From Dipteris shenzhenensis (taxonomy: Eukaryota), in NCBI GenBank assembly GCA_047967505.1, contig CM106538.1: DNA of 64,000 nucleotides. One strand, 5' to 3'. This document shows positions 36,789 to 49,134 of this stretch, one piece after another. The stretch's first letter is position 1, and each line of letters begins with the position of its first letter. Made by a program: the position numbers and the translations under genes. The notes under the pieces were generated by a model. The model was given only the letters and a program-made list of their open reading frames with translations, ran no database searches and was not told where the DNA came from.

Positions 36789-37125
36789 TATGTATATTTA
36801 TGTTTACTTTATATACATATATCTCTTATATTTATATATATCTTATATATACATTTGTACATGAGGAAATGCACGAAGGAGGTTCGGGGATCTTGAGAGG
36901 AGGGCTATGTAGGTTCAGTGGGAGAGGAGGGGGGTAGTAAAGCTCAAACTATGATTAGAGAGAGAGAGAGAGAGAGTTTATAAGATATTTATTTATATTT
37001 TAATATTTAGTGTTTTGTATGTGTGTGTGTGTGTGTTTAGAAGTTTGGTTAGATGAAAGACACCTAAAAATTCTTGAATATTTGTGTGTGTGAACGCGTG
37101 GATGTTGGTATGTATGTATATGTTT
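35987..37125. repeat. Compound microsatellite cluster: (GA)n, (CA)n, (TA)n-like, (GT)n
   Basis: Multiple perfect dinucleotide runs at about 35987-36048, 36159-36230, 36334-36364, 36748-36786, 36956-36976 and 37020-37036. Confidence 0.97.
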
Positions 37126-37686
37126 TTTGCAAATTTTCTTAAAATTGCTCAAAGTTTGAGATTGATGAATGAAACCATAAATTTAATTAAAGGTGATCTA
37201 TGATCGCAACTTTGAGACCCAACGGAGCAGGTCTCTAGCCCCCGTCGTAGACTGGTCAGGTTAGTTGTTTGGATAAAGGAACACAGAGTAACATGTAACA
37301 GGAAAGTAAACAGCAGAAGCTTCATTCTGAGTCCGATGTGGCTAATGTGCACTGAAGCTACTCCAGCCATCTCTGAGTAAGTGACCCACCAACCAATGGA
37401 TTTCCTCCTGAAACACCCATCTCTATTGACATTGGTGCCACCGACACCGTCACCTGCTCTACCATTACCGGTGGGGGAGGCGCATGCATCACACTGAGCT
37501 GGGTTGAGGACACCCCACTGCAAAACAAACTCTCTGTCACACTTGCATGGGAAGGAGTAAGGGGAGCAAGAGAAGAAACCACTCCTTGCATGATACGACG
37601 GCCTTGTCATCTCTGCTTTTTGGGCTCTCGACCAGATGATCCTTCAGCTGCATCCTACAGAGGTCCTTCAAGTTCAAGAGTGAGAG

Positions 37687-38320
37687 TCAATGCCGTATTC
37701 TGTCGAGGTTAGTAGAATCAAGCTGCAAAGGGAAAAGAACTTCTAAAATCTGGCCAATCTTTGAGTTAACAGCTTGCTTCTTATCTACCGCCGTTGCCAC
37801 CCTTTGTGCCTCTGCATGGATGCGCTCCTTTAAAACACGTGCCCAAGGCACTGGTAGTTGCTTAGCTACCGTGATCATCCCTCGAGTCCTGGAAGTGATC
37901 GTGTAGGTCTTCGCTTGCAAACAGACCGACTCAAGTATCCAACGATACAGATCTCGAATTTGAACATCTTTACATGCACTGATCTTGTACTCACCTCGAG
38001 CAAGATTGCCAAACTCAGCCATCATCACCTTCGTTAAACACATTGGTTGCATAAACAAGCCTCCATCCATTGGCAAATACAACCGCCGCTGATAAATCAA
38101 TTAGATGGTCAGCTCCTGATGCACGCCCAAAAACTCCACAGCTGATCCAAACACAAGTTGTTGGCAAAGTGCTAATGCTACTAGGTGAATGTTCACCCTC
38201 TGCCAATCTATGCTGCTAAAACTATGGATTCGCAGCCATTGGAGATGTGCATTGATGGACTGAGAATCAAAGTAGACCAACGAAATGAAGGGGTGAAACC
38301 ATGCGTGTGCCATCACCATA
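37687..38320 (-). pseudogene. Additional ORF downstream of Gypsy integrase (one in-frame stop), unknown function
   Basis: ORFs 38101-38490 and 37687-38100 abut in the same frame, separated only by a TAA; about 210 codons from the ATG at ~38319 with protein-like composition. Confidence 0.55.
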
Positions 38321-38479
38321 GGAAGATGAAGGAAGCCAAAAGAGCTGAGAGTGTGATAAGGAATACTAAGCATGCAACAGGTATATGAAAAAAAAAGACC
38401 AAATATTGCAATCCAGATTGCCAATACCCATCCTTGACGACAGGTTGTTAATGGCGGCTGGGATAGGACCTCGCAGAAG

Positions 38480-40745
38480 ACTGTTGTCATCAGGCATCTT
38501 ACCCTCCTACCACATGTCCACCTTCTATCGCCTCCACCTCGTCCTAGGAAATCTGTGCCTCGTTAGATATCGAAAAGGGGCACTGAAGACTCACGTCATG
38601 ATGATATGGATGCAACCAAAAACCATTAATTGGATGTGCAAGTACGTGCCCTTGCAAGTCCGCAAGGTAGAACAATGTAGACTTGTAGTCATGAAATCTC
38701 CAGAATGGTCCCAACCATCGCAGCTTTAGCTTCCCCGGCATCCTCCTTAGATGAGTGTTGAACCGTAGCACCATTGCCTGTTCTCAAATGATTTTTTCTT
38801 CGAAGCCAAATCCACCCACTGCTTCCGCCTTGCTTGAATCTCTAGAGTCAAATAGTAGCTCTCCAGCCACATATCATCCAACTGATCAAGGACATCCAAC
38901 AAGATCACCATGGACTCCAGTGAAAGAAGCCTGTCCTCCACTGCAATCCACAAACCAGGCACTATATGTTTAATCGGCTTAGCTCTCCAGCCGCATATCA
39001 TCCAACTAATCAAGGACATCCATTAACAGGAACACCATGGACTCCTATGAAAGAAGCCTATCCTCCACCGCAATCCACAAACTAGGCACTATATGCTCGA
39101 TTGGTGTAATTGCCACCTTGAAGGATGTGCGGTAAGCCCATAATGTTGCCAACAACTTTTCATCCCAATCCGTGTAGTGCTCATTCACTAACAGCAAAAT
39201 AATCTGCTTGAATGTATAATTGGTTGATTCAACCAACCCATTAGCCTACGGATAGTAGGGAGAAGACTTCTTGTGAATCACCATATAGAAAGAATTCATC
39301 CACTTAATGACTGTTGACAAAGTGGGTACCCCTGTCGTTGCTGACAATCTCAATTGGGCAACCAAACCACGTAAACACATCTTGATAGAGGCACTTTGCA
39401 ATAGAATTTATGGTGTTATCTCACAAGCCCAATCTTCCACCCATTTGGTATAGTAATCAGTTTGCTACCAGTGTGTAACAATTCCATGTGCGGGTAGTAG
39501 TTGGCCTAAATGGACCCATGAAGTCCAGACCCCATTTTTAAAATGTCTCTAGTGGTAAGATGGGGTTGAGAGGAATCTGATCGTGATCTGTGGGTTGACC
39601 CAACCGTTGGCAGAGATCGTAACTCTTTGCAAATCACCGAGCATCCTTCTACATGGTTGGCCACGCTTGCTTATAGAATTTTCTTTGTGGTTATTTTCCC
39701 CACAAAATGACCACCCAAAACCCCGCAATGGGCTTCCATCAGCACTACCTCCTGCTCATGAGGATAGACACACTGTAGCAGGCCTCCGTGAAATGTAATT
39801 GATATAGTTGGCCCAACACTGCTTCAAAAGATTGGCTTCGCAATGCCAATCACTTCCTTTGGTCTCGATTCATGTACTTGGGCATTATTCCAATAGTCAA
39901 GAATGAGAGCATCTCATCATACCATGACCACAGGACTTCCGAAACCACTTCGGGCTCCACCTCGATCGGATCCGCCCGAAAAATATCCGCCAGCTCTGCA
40001 TCAGGGAATTCATCTTCCACTCCCATTGGCAGCTCCCCAAACTCTAGTCGAGATAAGTATTTTACTACCGCATGCTTCGAGCCAGGCTGATGAATAACAT
40101 TGAAGTCATATTCCTGCAGTAACAACAACCAACATGCCAATCGGCCGGTAAGACTTTGCTGTTTAACTAAGTACAACAACGTGGAATGATCAACATGGAA
40201 CACAAAAGGTCGGCCCAATAGTTTTTTGACTGAATAAATCATGCCCAATCATTCTCTTTCTGTGACAGAATAATTATTTTCAACAGTCAATAGCCGTTGG
40301 CTTATGTAGAGAGTGGGCAATACCATTTGTCTGCATCTTCCTGCATCAAGACTGGGCGATACCATTTGTCCACATCTTCCTACCAATAACCCTATCTGAA
40401 TCATCAACAAACACATGAAAATTCTTCTCCCAATTGGAAGACATCAGCACTGGTGCTCTTGAAAGTTGGATTTTGAGTTGCCGGTATGCTTTGTCGCACT
40501 CCATAGTCCACAAAAATGCCTTTGGTTCCACATGAGCAAGTGCATTCAAGGGAATCGCCATATGAGCCAAAAACTGCAAATGTTTGCCATGCCATCAGAT
40601 CTGCCCCAAGAAGCGCAAGCACTCCTTAGGGGTTGTTGCTGTAGGCGCTTGCATGATCACAGCCACCTTGTCGGGATCCATTATCGTAATTCCCTCTGTC
40701 GAGATGATGTGACCCAAGAGTTCCCCGCTACGTACCACAAATAGG
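38480..40745 (-). mobile_element. Gypsy pol (end of RT, RNase H, integrase with GPF motif), disrupted and 5'-truncated at a LINE remnant
   Basis: ELLGHIIS..DPDKVAVI, FHVFVDDS, FHVDHSTLLYL..GRLACWLLLLQEYDF, WGLDFMGPF, DWDEKLLATLWAYRTSFK, PGKLKLRWLGPF. Confidence 0.92.
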
Positions 40746-40749
40746 CTAC

Positions 40750-42260
40750 TCTTCACTTCTACTAGGTTCCATTAACCCTCTAACGTTAGATTCAAGAAAG
40801 AGACTAGTTTATTTGGCATTCTTTTTTTGCCCCTTCTTAGCCCTAGGGTTGGGGCTATTTACTTGCACAGTAGCAACTTTAGATTGTCTTTGTTTATGTT
40901 GTACCACAGTGAAAGCTTTGCCTTGACTAGAGTCCCCTTGGTTAACTGGAGTACCCTTGGTTTGATCTTCTTTTGATTCTTCTTCACTTTACTCTACCCC
41001 ATCAATGGCATCCTCTCTATTCACATCCTCTTAAAACTCTTTTCACCAACCAGATTCAATAATCATATCCTCTCTATTCACATCCTCTTCAAACTCTTTT
41101 CACCAACCAGCTTCAATAATCATATTGCCATCCTAACTCACTCTATTGCTTCCTTCAATGACATCCTCTTTGTCTTTGAGAGGTTCAAAGGAGTTCTTCT
41201 TAGTTGTAGGTGTCTCAAAAGAATCCTTACCCTTTCCATTGTTTTTGTCGATGGCTCGATCTTCCTGCTGAGTACTCAGTGGTATTGCAAGGGGTAGCTT
41301 GTTTAGTAGTAGAGGGCTTAGCCCCCTTAGACTTGCCCCGACTTGCCCCTCTTTAGGGGACAATTTTAAATAACATGTGTGGAGAGACCACACAAAAAGC
41401 ATGAATTAGGAAGATTTTTATATATCAAGGGTTGCTCTTTAAAAGTGTTACCATTTCTATTCAAAATGATGAGAGTCTGAGGCATCTCCTCTGCTATATC
41501 CATCTTGATACAAATTTAGGGATTACCTTTAGGACTGATGAAATTTTCCTGCTCCACACCCAGGACTTCACCTAGCCCACAACATAGGAAGGGGATAGGA
41601 AGGGTAACTGGTTACATAGATAGAGAGGTAAGTCCCATGCATGAATTCTAGTAGATCTAGGGGCGTCTAGAGAAAAGTCCTTGGACCACCATTCTAAGTA
41701 TAAAGGTTGATTCCTAATGGTCCATAGGCCATGCTACATGGCTCTTGTAGCCATTTCAAGCCTCTCAAATAAGAATACAAAAGAGCCTTTTAAAAAAAAT
41801 CTCATATTCAATACATTCATGCCCTTCCTTACCTAGTTGGTTCTAATCCAAGTTTCTAGAAAAGCCATTGGAGGTTTGACACTAGAAAGGAATCCTACCA
41901 GTGCATGGGTGAGCAGCTAAAGGACTAAGTCATGTAGCAAGATATCATCAAGAAAGGCCAAAATCAACTTACTTGGGCTAGCAAATCCCCTCTCTCCTTT
42001 AGATTGTTGTGTCCCTCTAGCACTTTGTTGTGTAGGAGCTCTGGTTCAATGTTTGCTTAAGGCATCTGCTCTTTTTCTTTCTCCTAGCTACTGGTTGGGA
42101 AGCCTCGTCTCAATCGGAGATGACTTAAAACCTTCAAGATGTGACCTTCTTTCTCCTGCACATTCGTCTCTGAGTGTATCATGCGATAAGTTTGGCTCTA
42201 TTTTCTGCCTTGGAGCCGTATGGGTCCAAGTGCTTATAAAAATAGAATGAGAGAGATAAA
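40750..42260 (-). mobile_element. L1-type LINE ORF1 remnant (DUF4283), second LINE family
   Basis: HALVGFLSSVKPPM..WIRTN, GLWTIRNQPLYLEWWSKDF, GNP.ICIKMDIAEEMP, KKNSFEPL; 57-bp tandem duplication at ~41011-41124. Confidence 0.75.
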
Positions 42261-42399
42261 AGAGAGTACAAGGGTTAGGCCTCCCTTCAAAAGGTGAATT
42301 GTATAAATTGCCAAAATTTGGACTTTGGAATTCATTGTGTAGTTGCAAAATTTTAGAATACAACCTCTCTCATTCTTTCATTCACTTATGAGTGAGACC

Positions 42400-43500
42400 T
42401 CTTTCTTCCTAGTGTGTGTTGCCTTATGATTGCTACTCCTCCCCCTTGACTCTCCCCTTCTCTTTCACATCCCTTCTCTTCTCATACCTTCCCCTCTTCT
42501 CTTCCCCTCCCCTCTTCACTCTCATGAAATCAGATTGACACAATCTGGTAGACACTTGAGTGACACAAGTGTCAGCCTCATGCTGGCAAAGCTCTCACAA
42601 GGAGTTTCTCAGGATTCGAGCCTCTTTTGGCATTCCTCCAAGATCCTTACAACATGTGGAGTTGCTATCGGCTATACATAGCCAAGTGTGCACCCACCTA
42701 TTGATACTTGTGTCGCATTGGTTGAAGGCAACTTTAGCTTCTAGCCGTGATAATCGTTGCTAATTCATGGAGTCTCCACACAATTTTAACAACCTTTGTT
42801 GCTCCATTAAGCTACCAAGTGCATTTTTGCAGCTGCACCTACCCAACGACCAAATATTGAAGTACCTTCCACTCTTTCAAGCCTTGACAAGGCCTTGCAA
42901 CTGACTTGTTGTTGCTCTTATTTGCTCTAGTGTAGCTCCATGACTCTCTCCAAACATTGGCACCACTCCCATTTCACTGACTTGATTTGCAAGAGTTTTG
43001 GTTAGTACATCAAATGTTGACTACCATGACCTCTCTCCAGCTACATTTTGACCAGCCTTAGCACCAACTTGACATGTCCATGCAGCTATATGAAAATCCA
43101 TGCACTTGTATGGATTCTATGCAGGGTATCCATACAACCCTAAAATTGCTAGCCATACCATTTTCTCTTAATTGTTCACAATTGCCTTGTTTGTTCACAC
43201 AGGTTGATGTGGTAGATTGCCACACAAGGCGGCATTGTTGTTCAGGTTTGTACTCAACACAGCCTACTCTTGGACCATCAGATATCCTGCAGTCCCTATC
43301 CATAGAAGCATGAACCCCAACAACTCCATGGGAATTAAACTTGGTTCCTATTGTAAATCCTCTTAGCAATCTCTTAATGTAAATGGCCATTTTGGATTTT
43401 AATTCTTGTATGCCCAGCATTCTCCTTTGAAAGAATGACCATTGGCTGAGTGAGATAGGATAACTTTTAAAAGAGCACATGCTCAATTGTAAGTATTTGG
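42400..43500 (-). mobile_element. Very degenerate Copia-like 3' region
   Basis: ELKSKMAIYIKRLLRGFTIGTKFNSHGVVG loosely resembles the RT/RNase H junction; a purine-rich PPT-like tract lies on the minus strand at ~42435-42520. Confidence 0.35.
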
Positions 43501-44249
43501 ACTTTTGCAATACATACTTTGTATTCCTCACTCTAAGTTATTTGACAGTCCATCATTTTCAAGTTTATATGCACAAAGTGTTCTTTCAAATGTACAAGTC
43601 TTCGTCCTTTTTTTGGTTATAAACGTTATGTTGTTTTTTTTGCAAAATTTCTTCTCTTGGTTCCCGTCTATTTTGGAATGTTTTGCAAGTTTTGATATGA
43701 TTTGATGCGCAACCAAGCATGAGACTCGTTAGTGGTGTGAAAGCCTAGTAACACTTTTGTGATCACACGATTTAAAAAAAAAACATATGGAAATCTACAC
43801 AAGACAAATGATATCATCGATGGTTAGTAAAACATGAGGTTCCACTCCAATTGGGTGGTTGAACAAGCAACATTGCTTCACCTCAAAATGATTCTATTGA
43901 CAATTAGATTGCATCTCTTCCATGCATTACTACATAAGAGTCTATAGTGATTCTTATTCTGTCTCTGTATCCTCCCCCAATATAATTCCACTAACATCCT
44001 CCAATAGTATATTCCACTAGTATCCTCCCCCAATATAATTCTACTAGTATATTCCTTGTCCTCACCTCGTTCCACCTCCACATGCCATCATGACTATGAA
44101 ACACTCCAAGTTTTATGGGAAGTTGACCAATAACATTGATGGGCACATCTTATTAATTGAGAGTACTTGGTTGGGGTCAATGATCCAATAGTTTGACAAG
44201 CCCACCAGGCCATAAAGAAAGCAAAATTTCTTTCCACTCTTCACAAAGT

Positions 44250-47230
44250 AGTGTTGAATCTACATAGTGCAATATGAGGATGGCCATTTTATAGTCTATG
44301 ATGTAGAATGGGATGCATTCCTCACATGCTTCCTACAAGAAAACATTATCGTCCACGTCCTAGAAAAGTTAGGCTGCATGGACTAACATGAGTTGTCTGT
44401 GGATGAATATGCAACCAAGCTTTGGCATATCCTCTGATGGATTGATACAAGTCAATCAAACAATTATGCAAGTCTTAAATTCTTACTTCATTCATTCATG
44501 GTTTATCAAAAAATTTAAAACTTTCTATGGCTTCTAGATGTTGCAACACTCATGTTAAACCAGTTAATTGCTTTGGTGATCTAGGCTGTAGGATATAGTT
44601 AGTTTCTCATCCTCATGGGGAGAAGACTCGACTCCAAGGTTAATGGAGGGGTAAAAAGGCTAGTGCCATGTGGCACTATTTCATGCATGCTTCTATGTGA
44701 ATCTTCATAGGCGTCTTTGTCTCGACTCTTCGAGTTCTTGTGAAGGTCTCATCTCTGTCGGTGTGGAGCTCCTCCATGAGAGTTGGATCTCTTGACTGTT
44801 GGTAGCTATGAAGAGGTCGCTGAGGAGCTATGGCACGACTACTTGCTCTCACTACTTGGGTCGGTACCGTCTCTCCATCAGGCTGATACATAAGCTCGTT
44901 TTTTGGTCACACAGGGTCTTGAGGTTGATAGCTACTTTGTGTAGTGGTCATTTGTGCTCTTTGAGAGCTTATGAGTGTGTAAGCCTTTGTGGCTTGTTGC
45001 TTACAATTGTAAAACCTTCACAACAAGCACAATAGTGATGCGTGGAGGTCTCTAAGTCATTTTGTGAGAATAATAAAGATTTAGACTCTTACCTATAATC
45101 TATCTTTTCAAGTCCAACAATTGGGTTCCATAGTCTACGTCTGAGAGGGTTCTGAGGTGAAAATCTATGTCCAAAAGAGTGTTGCATAGTCGCTCTTGTG
45201 TGTGTTCATTACCTGTCATACCAAGGGCGCTAAGAAGACCATAGAGCAACCATAGTGCAACTAGATGACGTTCACCATTAGTTCTGTTAGTAGAGGTATG
45301 TTTCCTTGAAATCTTGAATCAGTAATCATCGATATACCTAAGAACAAAAAGGCTAGTGGAGCACTTGTTACATTCAATGGTAAGAATTTCCCTTCATGGC
45401 AATTGGTAACCCAGCTATTGTTCATGCAGAAAGGTCTATGGAGCGTTGTTGCAGGGACAGAGAAAAGACCAAAGGAGAGATCACATAATGCTGATAAAAT
45501 TCTGGTGTGGAGACAAAGAATGAAAAGGCCATCAGTTACAGTCAAAGCTCTGGGTTATGAATATTTCTACCACCTCAATGTGAAGCTGACACCGGCAAAA
45601 AATTGGCAAATCTTGGAATCCTTGTTCGAGTACGTATGAAGCATTCAAAGGCCAATCTAAAATAAGAACTTTTTTATCTATAGATGGAGGAATCAGAGTC
45701 TCTTCCTCAATCACATGCAAGCTTTGTTGTGCCAGCTTAACGACTTGGGAGCTAAAGTAGAAGATGATGATAAAAAAGCTACATTATTGAAGAGTCTACT
45801 AATCAAGATCGAACCCACTCACCTATGTAGTATCCAATAAGAAGAAAGGATGTGATACTCGTAAGTGTTTGTACTGTGGTAAAGAAGGTCATATTGAAAA
45901 GTTTTGCTATACAAAGAAATGGGATGAGCTTGAGAAAAAAAAAGAAAAAGAAATGACAGTGGATAGTAAAGAAGAATCGAGTATGTTGGTAGAATCCGAG
46001 ACTCTCAAGGATCAGGATTGGGCTTTTTAAGGAGGGCAGAGTCGAGCTCTTTGTGAGCAAACACACTGTTCTTTGTGAACGTGGTGAGATACTCTTCAAG
46101 GTTCTTTGTGAACAAAAGGATTCAATTTATGAAATGCTCTTCATGAGCTTTGCTAACTATTTCCTTTGTGGATGTTTTAGCTTTGTAAGCTCTTTGTGAG
46201 CAAGTATATGGCAATTGTATTTTGTAGATGGTTCTGGTTATTTATCATTTGACAGTCTGATATAGTTAGTACATGTTCTCCCCATTTTGGCCGAGGGGGT
46301 GTATGTAGGATATAGTTAGCTTCTCATCCTCATGGGGAGAAGATTCGACTCCAAGGTTAATGGAGGGGTAAAAAGGCTAGTGCCATGTGGCACTATTTCA
46401 TGCATGCTTCTACGTGGATCTTCATAGGTGGCTTTGTCTCGACTCTTCGAGTTAAGGTCTCATCTCTATCAGTGTAGAGCTCCTCCATGAGAGTCGGATC
46501 TCTTGACTATTGGCAGCTACTATGAAGAGGTCATTGAGGAGTTGTGGCATGATTGCTTGCTCTCACTACTTGGTTCGGTACCGTATCTCCATCAGGCTAA
46601 TACATAAGCTCGTGTTTTTGGTCACACACGGTCTTGAGGTTGATAGCTACTTTGTGTAGTGGTCGTTTGTTCTCTTTGCGAGCCTATGAGTGTGTAAGCC
46701 TTTGTGGCTTGTTGCTTACAGTTGTAAAACCTCCACAACAAGCACAATAGTGATGCGTGGAGGTCTCTAAATCTTTCTGTGAGAATAATAAAGATTTAGA
46801 CTTTTATTGTTCTTAGATTTTATGTGACCTATCTTGCAAGCACTATCATCTATCTTTTTAGGTCCAACACAGGCTACTGAAAAAGTCCTAGTGCACAAAG
46901 CAAAGCATCCACGAAGGTTAAATCCAAAACAGGTCCATTTCTATTGATGAGTCATCCTCCTCCACCAATTCAAGAGACAGTACTTTGGAGGATAAAGCCA
47001 CAAAAGTGCCATGAGTTGAAACATTATGACCGAGAAGATTGAGAAGTTAACTCTAGAGGAGTCTCTCATCAAAACCGACATTTTCAAAGATGGTACCAGT
47101 GTAGCTCATCTTCAATGTTTGGTGATGGAAGCTTGCCATGCTAAACGTGCACCAAAACAATTGGTTGGGGCTGTTGCCACCTTAGTAATCATACCACCAT
47201 TCACTCTGATAGCCAAATCCAATTAGGCAC
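44250..47230 (+). mobile_element. Degenerate Gypsy-like gag, split by the gag-only LTR element
   Basis: WDAFLTCFLQENII..SVDEYATKL on the left; MTEKIEKLTL on the right of the insertion. Confidence 0.45.
44587..46869 (+). mobile_element. Non-autonomous gag-only LTR retrotransposon (TR-GAG-like), 2.28 kb
   Basis: LTRs 44587-45119 and 46304-46869 (TGT..ACA); flanks TAGGC/CAGGC (TSD with one mismatch); PPT-like GAGGGGGTG before the 3' LTR; internal degenerate Copia gag (NGKNFPSWQL..MQKGLWSVVAGTEKRP, zinc knuckle CLYCGKEGHIEKFC); no pol. Confidence 0.92.
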
Positions 47231-48672
47231 TATGACCTTTTCGACCTAAGAAGTGACGTGCTAGCATACCGAATTTCCCACCAGGGTAAATCATCTACTA
47301 TTATTGCCATGCACTCTGATACCAAAAGTACGAATGTGAGTTATGTCAAAGGCGCCAAGTTGAGAAGAAGCAAAATAGAGGTCAGTATAAAGTGTTCACA
47401 GGACTAGCACCTCAAATCAATATGATCCAAGTTCAAGTTATGGATTAATAGTAGGTAACACTAGCTATCAAGGATACCAAAGCAATACTTGTGACAAGGG
47501 TGATGGATATTCTATCAGATCCAACATTGCCCGATTGGTGATCTGATAAAAAGGCAAAATGCCCCATTGATAGGTAAGCACAAGTAGATATTTGTGTCAA
47601 GATATTAGAGTGGTTCCAAGAAAGGAAGCCTCCAATAGTGATACACATGGTCTACTTCATCCATCTGCAAAGAAGAGTCCAATCCTTGATGTAGTAAGTA
47701 CATTCCCATCTTTGTGTGGGAAGTGTTGGTATATATGTAATGCCCACCTTTCATATGTAACCACAATGTTCCCTAGTGCTCTTTTGTGAGGCCCCCCATT
47801 AAGAGGAGAAGCCATGGTGTGAGCACTGGACATTGGTAGGATCCTAGTTTTGACACTAGATGAGGTCTCATGCTGACTGTTTAATGGTTAGGAGATGGTA
47901 AAAGGATCAATGTACTCCTCGAGGGTTCAGGGGCAGCACCCCTGATGGGGGTGTGGGGGCAACACCCCCAATGGTAGGGTCTGAGGCCTATTGGTAGGCC
48001 CTGACCCATGATGGTATGCCCTCGTTGCATGCGTGTGATCATTCGCCTATGAATTTGCCCTCGCGTGCATGATCAATGGTCGGTGGTCAATGGTCTTTGG
48101 TCAGTGGGGAAAGTCAAGCAAACATCTGCCACCATCCTCGCACCACTTAGTCGCACACTGTGTTAAGTCAATATGCATGTGCCACTACCAGCCCACCATT
48201 GTGGTGGAATTGGTCTACTACTAAGGGCTATACAAGGAGGCCACTTCTCAAGCCTCAACACGAATGCCAATACCCCTACCTTCAATCCTTCTCCATCCAG
48301 AGTCTGTCTAGATCACCATTGAAGCTCTACTGGAGAGCGCACGGGTGGACAGCACCATCAGTTGTATCTGATATGAAATTTTTATTCAGCTCTATTGTGT
48401 CTATCCTCTTGTTATTGTACAATCGTTGTTGTCAAATGATCTCTCCATGCTGCATCGTATTTCTACAGGAAGCACTTCATCTTTCAGATCCGGAATTGAA
48501 GAAACAACATATCAACATGTCAATTGAACAATTTCTCCCATTGGTAGTGAATTCTTAATAGCAATTGTGTTAGAATATCATGGAAGCGAGACAACTAGAG
48601 ACAGTTCAATTTCATGTCCCTACACCCATAGTTTATACACCACATCTAGATTTCTCTACCTCTGAGTCATAG

Positions 48673-48890
48673 GTGCCCATTTATGATGAAAATATCATAG
48701 TTATCATAGCAATGGTTAATAACCAGTCCATTCTTCGTGTGCTTCTTGATGGGAGCTTGGGTGTTAACATTCTATTGGATATAGTGTGTGCACAATTAGG
48801 CTTCACTAGTTGGAAACCCACTCTATTTATAATATGCATGGAAGACCAATGGAGGGTGCAACCGATGGGCCTAATCTGCTATCTTTTTTT
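48673..48890 (+). mobile_element. Gypsy aspartic protease fragment
   Basis: RVLLDGSLGVNILL..CAQLG..ICMEDQWRVQPMGLI matches the retropepsin LxDxGxxVN pattern. Confidence 0.75.
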
Positions 48891-49134
48891 TTGGGAGCAA
48901 AAAAAGTATACTTTTATGCTACTTTATCAAAAGATACATAGTTTTGATCAGGCAATAGAAGAGTCAAGACCGAACCATTCTCCACAGGAGGAGGACAGTG
49001 AACACCAATGAGTCCACAAATCATTCAAATCTAGGGAGATGAAGCTTCAGGAACAAAGACCTATGCTAGTTTAGGTGAAACTATTTCAATTATTAAATTG
49101 ATGAAGATTTACTGGATGAATATGAGGAGTGGCT

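Noticed and set aside
35930-36937. ORFs with ERERER, CVCVCV or HTHTHT runs
   Set aside because: Translations of dinucleotide microsatellites.
47314-47860. Minus-strand iMet PBS (CTCTGATACCA) suggesting another LTR element
   Set aside because: No clean TG..CA boundary, partner LTR or TSD could be established, so it is not annotated as a discrete element.
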